Shown piece by piece: positions 61,323 to 64,000 of a DNA stretch of 64,000 bases. The notes under the pieces are model-generated. The model worked only from the letters and a program-made list of their open reading frames with translations, was not told where the DNA came from and ran no database searches. This DNA is from an uncultured Thermoanaerobaculia bacterium (GTDB taxonomy: Bacteria > Acidobacteriota > Thermoanaerobaculia > Thermoanaerobaculales > Sulfomarinibacteraceae): assembly GCA_964552395.1 (NCBI GenBank), contig CAZKGM010000004.1, positions 4,749-68,748 of the forward strand, given 5' to 3'. How positions within the stretch are numbered: the first letter of the stretch is position 1; every line of letters begins with the position of its first letter. The translations under genes and the position numbers were made by a program.

Positions 61323-62510
61323 ATGGCTAATGTGGCCCGGATTCAGAAAGAGCTAGAGAAGGAAGGGGTCGACGGCTGGCTGCTGTACGACTTTCACAAC
61401 CGTGATGCGATCGCTTACCGGGTGCTCGGCATGGACTTCGGCAAGTTCACGAGCCGCCGTTGGTTTTACTGGATTCCCACCTCGGGGAAGCCGGTACGGC
61501 TGGTGTCCAAGGTCGAGTCCACGAAGCTCGACGCCCTCGAAGGTGAGAAGCGTGAGTACCTGTCATGGCGGGAGCTGCACGCGAGCCTGAAGGAGATCAT
61601 GGGTGGAGCGAGGCGGGTCGCGATGCAGTACTCGCCGACCGCGAACATTCCGTACGTGTCGACCGTTGATGGCGGCACCATCGACCTGGTGCGCTCGCTC
61701 GGCTTCGAGGTCGTGAGCTCGGCCGGCCTCGTGCAGATCTTCGAAGCGGTTCTCGACGATGCCGCCTACCAGTCGCACGTCGAGGCCGGCCGACGGGTGC
61801 AGAGGATCAAGGACGAGGCCTTCGATCGCATCGGCGCCGAGCTGCGTGCGGGCCGCGAGATCACCCAGTACGACGTGCAGCAGTTCATTGCGCGTCGCTT
61901 TACGGAAGAGGGCCTGACCTGCCAGGGCGAGTACCCGATTGTCGGCAGCGATGAGCAACAGGCCGACCCCCACTTCGAGCCGCGTCCGGACAACTCGCGG
62001 GCAATCCGCCGCGGCGACCGGATTCTCATCGACCTGTGGGCGAAGCTCGACGAGCCGGGCGCCATCTTCTACGACATCACCTGGTGCGGCTACGTGGGTG
62101 GGGAACCGCCGGCAAAGTACGTTGAGATCTTCAACGTCGTCCGGGACGCGCGCGATACGGCCCTTGCCTTCGTCCGCGACCGGTTTGGGAGCGGCGCGCC
62201 GGTGTACGGCTGGCAAGTGGACGACGCCTGCCGCAAGGTGGTCGAGGACGCCGGCTACGGGCCCTACTTCATCCACCGGACCGGGCACTCTATCGGCGAG
62301 GAGGTCCACGGCAACGGCGTCAACATCGACAACCTCGAAACCAAGGACGAGCGCCAGCTGGTAGCCGGGATCTGCTTCTCTATCGAGCCCGGGATCTACC
62401 TCCGCGGCGAGATGGCCGTGCGCTCCGAGATCGATGTCTTCATCACGCCGTCCGGCAGCATCGAGGTTGCCGGCGACATGCAGCGCGACCTGATTCTGAT
62501 CGATGCGTGA
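61323..62510 (+). CDS. M24-family Xaa-Pro aminopeptidase / dipeptidase
   Basis: Track ORF 61266..62510. GGGAGG RBS then ATG 61323 (MANVARIQKELEKEGVDGWLLYDFHNRD). Pita-bread fold metal ligands: D..D (ILIDLWAKLDE..YDITW), HRTGHSIG.EVHG, SIEPGIY, SEID. Confidence 0.85.
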   Translation: MANVARIQKELEKEGVDGWLLYDFHNRDAIAYRVLGMDFGKFTSRRWFYWIPTSGKPVRLVSKVESTKLDALEGEKREYLSWRELHASLKEIMGGARRVAMQYSPTANIPYVSTVDGGTIDLVRSLGFEVVSSAGLVQIFEAVLDDAAYQSHVEAGRRVQRIKDEAFDRIGAELRAGREITQYDVQQFIARRFTEEGLTCQGEYPIVGSDEQQADPHFEPRPDNSRAIRRGDRILIDLWAKLDEPGAIFYDITWCGYVGGEPPAKYVEIFNVVRDARDTALAFVRDRFGSGAPVYGWQVDDACRKVVEDAGYGPYFIHRTGHSIGEEVHGNGVNIDNLETKDERQLVAGICFSIEPGIYLRGEMAVRSEIDVFITPSGSIEVAGDMQRDLILIDA

Positions 62511-62540
62511 GCGCTCGCGCCGCGGCCTGGGGAGGTGAAC

Positions 62541-64000
62541 GTGAGCTGGTACCTATACGTGATTCTCGCGTACCTGCTGATCCTGGCGGGATTCAACATC
62601 TACCGCTCGAAGCAGGTCAAGTCGCAGGAGGACTTCATGGTGGCGGGGAGGAAGCTGCCCCTCACCGTGATGGTGTTCACGCTGGTATGCACCTGGATTG
62701 GCTCCGGTACCTTCATTGCCGGTGCCGAGTACGCCGCCAAGGCCGGCTGGTCTTCCCTGTGGCTGCCAGCGGGCGCCTGGGTCGGCATCGCGGTGATCTA
62801 CTTCCTGGCGGCCAAGATTCGGAATTTCGGCCAGTACACGGTCGGCGACATTCTCGAGGTCCGCTACGGCAAGTTCGCGCGCTTGTTCGGCGCCATTGCC
62901 CTGATCATTGCCTTCACCACGATCGTGTCCTACCAGTTCAGGGCCGGCGGCTACATCCTCAACGTGGCCACCAAGGGGGCGATCTCGGTCGAGGTCGGGC
63001 AGACGATCGCCGCCGCCTTCGTGATCCTCTTCACCGCCCTTGGTGGCATGGTGGCGGTCGCGCACACCGATCTGCCAAACGGCATCATCATCGTTCTCGC
63101 CTGCTGCGCGGCGCTGCCGTTCACCGTGCTGTTCGCGGGCGGAGCAAGCGCGCCCGCAGCGGTCCTGCCGGTGCAGCACATGGCGGTGTTCTCCGCGGAC
63201 TTCGGTCAGTACCCGGCCCTTAAGGCCGGAGGGTACTTCCTCGCCACCCTGCTGCTGCTGATGGGCATCCAGTCCATGTACCAGAAGTTCTACTCGGCGA
63301 AATCGCCTGCGGAAGCGCGGCGGGCGGTGGCGCTGTGGATCGTGGGCACCATCGTCGTCGAGACCGTGGTCGTCGCGATCGCCGTGTACGCGTCTGCTGC
63401 GCACTGGTCGGACCTGAAGGCGTTCGAGATCGCCGGCCGAGTCAAGCAGGAGGTGGCGGCGGGGACGACGGGCGCCCCGGAGGCGGCGGCGCGCGCCCGC
63501 CAGCTCGCGGCTGCCGAGGCGAGCGCCGGCGAGGTCCAGCCCGGGCAGCTCACGCGCCTTGACGCTACCCTCGACAACGCCTTCGTGCCGGCCGTGACGC
63601 CCGGCGCCGTGGCCGCCGTTCACGCCGGTATCGATCCGGCCTCCATCGTGCTCCAGGCGGCCTTCGACATCGCGTCTCGAGGCGGCATCGGGCTGCTGTT
63701 CGGACTCCTCCTTCTCGGCGCCGCGTGCGCGGTGGTGATCTCGACCGGAATGAACTATCTCCTGTCACCGACAACCAACATCATGCGCGACATCTACCAA
63801 CGGTTCATCCGGCCCGACGCCGACCAGAAGAAGATGGTCGCGTTGCAGAAGCTGTTCGTGGTCGGCCTCGGGCTCGCAGCGTTCCTGATCATCTTCATCC
63901 CGACGGTGCTCGGCCTGCCAATCTCGGTGCTCCAGTACTCGTACTTCGCCTACACGATGTACGGCGTCGCGATCACGCCGGCGCTGCTTGCGGCTCTGAC
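62541..64000 (+). CDS. sodium:solute symporter family transporter (3' end beyond window)
   Basis: Not in the ORF track because it stays open to the window end. GGAGG RBS (62531..62535) then GTG 62541. Own translation: (M)SWYLYVILAYLLILAGFNIYRSKQVKSQEDFMVAGRKLPLTVMVFTLVCTWIGSGTFIAGAEYAAKAGWSSLWLPAGAWVGIAVIYFLAAKIRNFGQYTVGDILEVRYGK... is the typical SSS N-terminus. The frame is still open at 63957 (..MYGVAITPALLAAL). Confidence 0.85.
   Translation, partial: MSWYLYVILAYLLILAGFNIYRSKQVKSQEDFMVAGRKLPLTVMVFTLVCTWIGSGTFIAGAEYAAKAGWSSLWLPAGAWVGIAVIYFLAAKIRNFGQYTVGDILEVRYGKFARLFGAIALIIAFTTIVSYQFRAGGYILNVATKGAISVEVGQTIAAAFVILFTALGGMVAVAHTDLPNGIIIVLACCAALPFTVLFAGGASAPAAVLPVQHMAVFSADFGQYPALKAGGYFLATLLLLMGIQSMYQKFYSAKSPAEARRAVALWIVGTIVVETVVVAIAVYASAAHWSDLKAFEIAGRVKQEVAAGTTGAPEAAARARQLAAAEASAGEVQPGQLTRLDATLDNAFVPAVTPGAVAAVHAGIDPASIVLQAAFDIASRGGIGLLFGLLLLGAACAVVISTGMNYLLSPTTNIMRDIYQRFIRPDADQKKMVALQKLFVVGLGLAAFLIIFIPTVLGLPISVLQYSYFAYTMYGVAITPALLAAL

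Overview
This is a GC-rich bacterial chromosomal segment, roughly two-thirds G+C by eye. The gene content is TPR-fused Ser/Thr kinases starting ..PERWQRLKELF.., a TIGR02999-type ECF sigma factor, and many secreted, lipoprotein, OmpA, TPR and amidohydrolase proteins. That mix suggests an Acidobacteriota-like or related high-GC soil or sediment lineage, but this is inference only. I can support about 55 protein-coding genes or gene relics, two clear rho-independent terminators and several regulatory palindromes. I found no rRNA, tRNA, CRISPR array, transposase or integrase. Four things stand out. (1) A 2-Cys-type peroxiredoxin has its peroxidatic-cysteine codon replaced by an in-frame TGA, with a SECIS-like hairpin 10 nt downstream. 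I predict a selenocysteine peroxiredoxin (PrxU-like) that has also lost the resolving Cys, divergent from a padR-CPBP protease operon. (2) A previously unnamed family of about 45-350 bp intergenic repeat elements has at least 15 copies or fragments between 0.27 and 41.2 kb, all in the same (+) orientation whatever the flanking gene direction. The copies share imperfect terminal inverted repeats, a hairpin whose stem sequence covaries between copies, and a palindrome-rich core (CCGGGCCGGCCCGG..ACGCGT..TCTCGATCGAGAGCTC). (3) An NDM-like subclass B1 metallo-beta-lactamase lipoprotein carries an extra N-terminal domain. (4) There is a recurring pattern of gene decay by internal deletion. One is an in-frame 1122-bp deletion derivative of a GT39 glycosyltransferase paralog 8 kb from the intact copy. 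Class-V aminotransferase and AlkD-like relics show the same mode, and a GH108 lysozyme fragment is a truncated relic. Start codons were refined by eye from RBS and signal-peptide context and are less certain than stops. All family assignments rest on motif recognition, not on searches.
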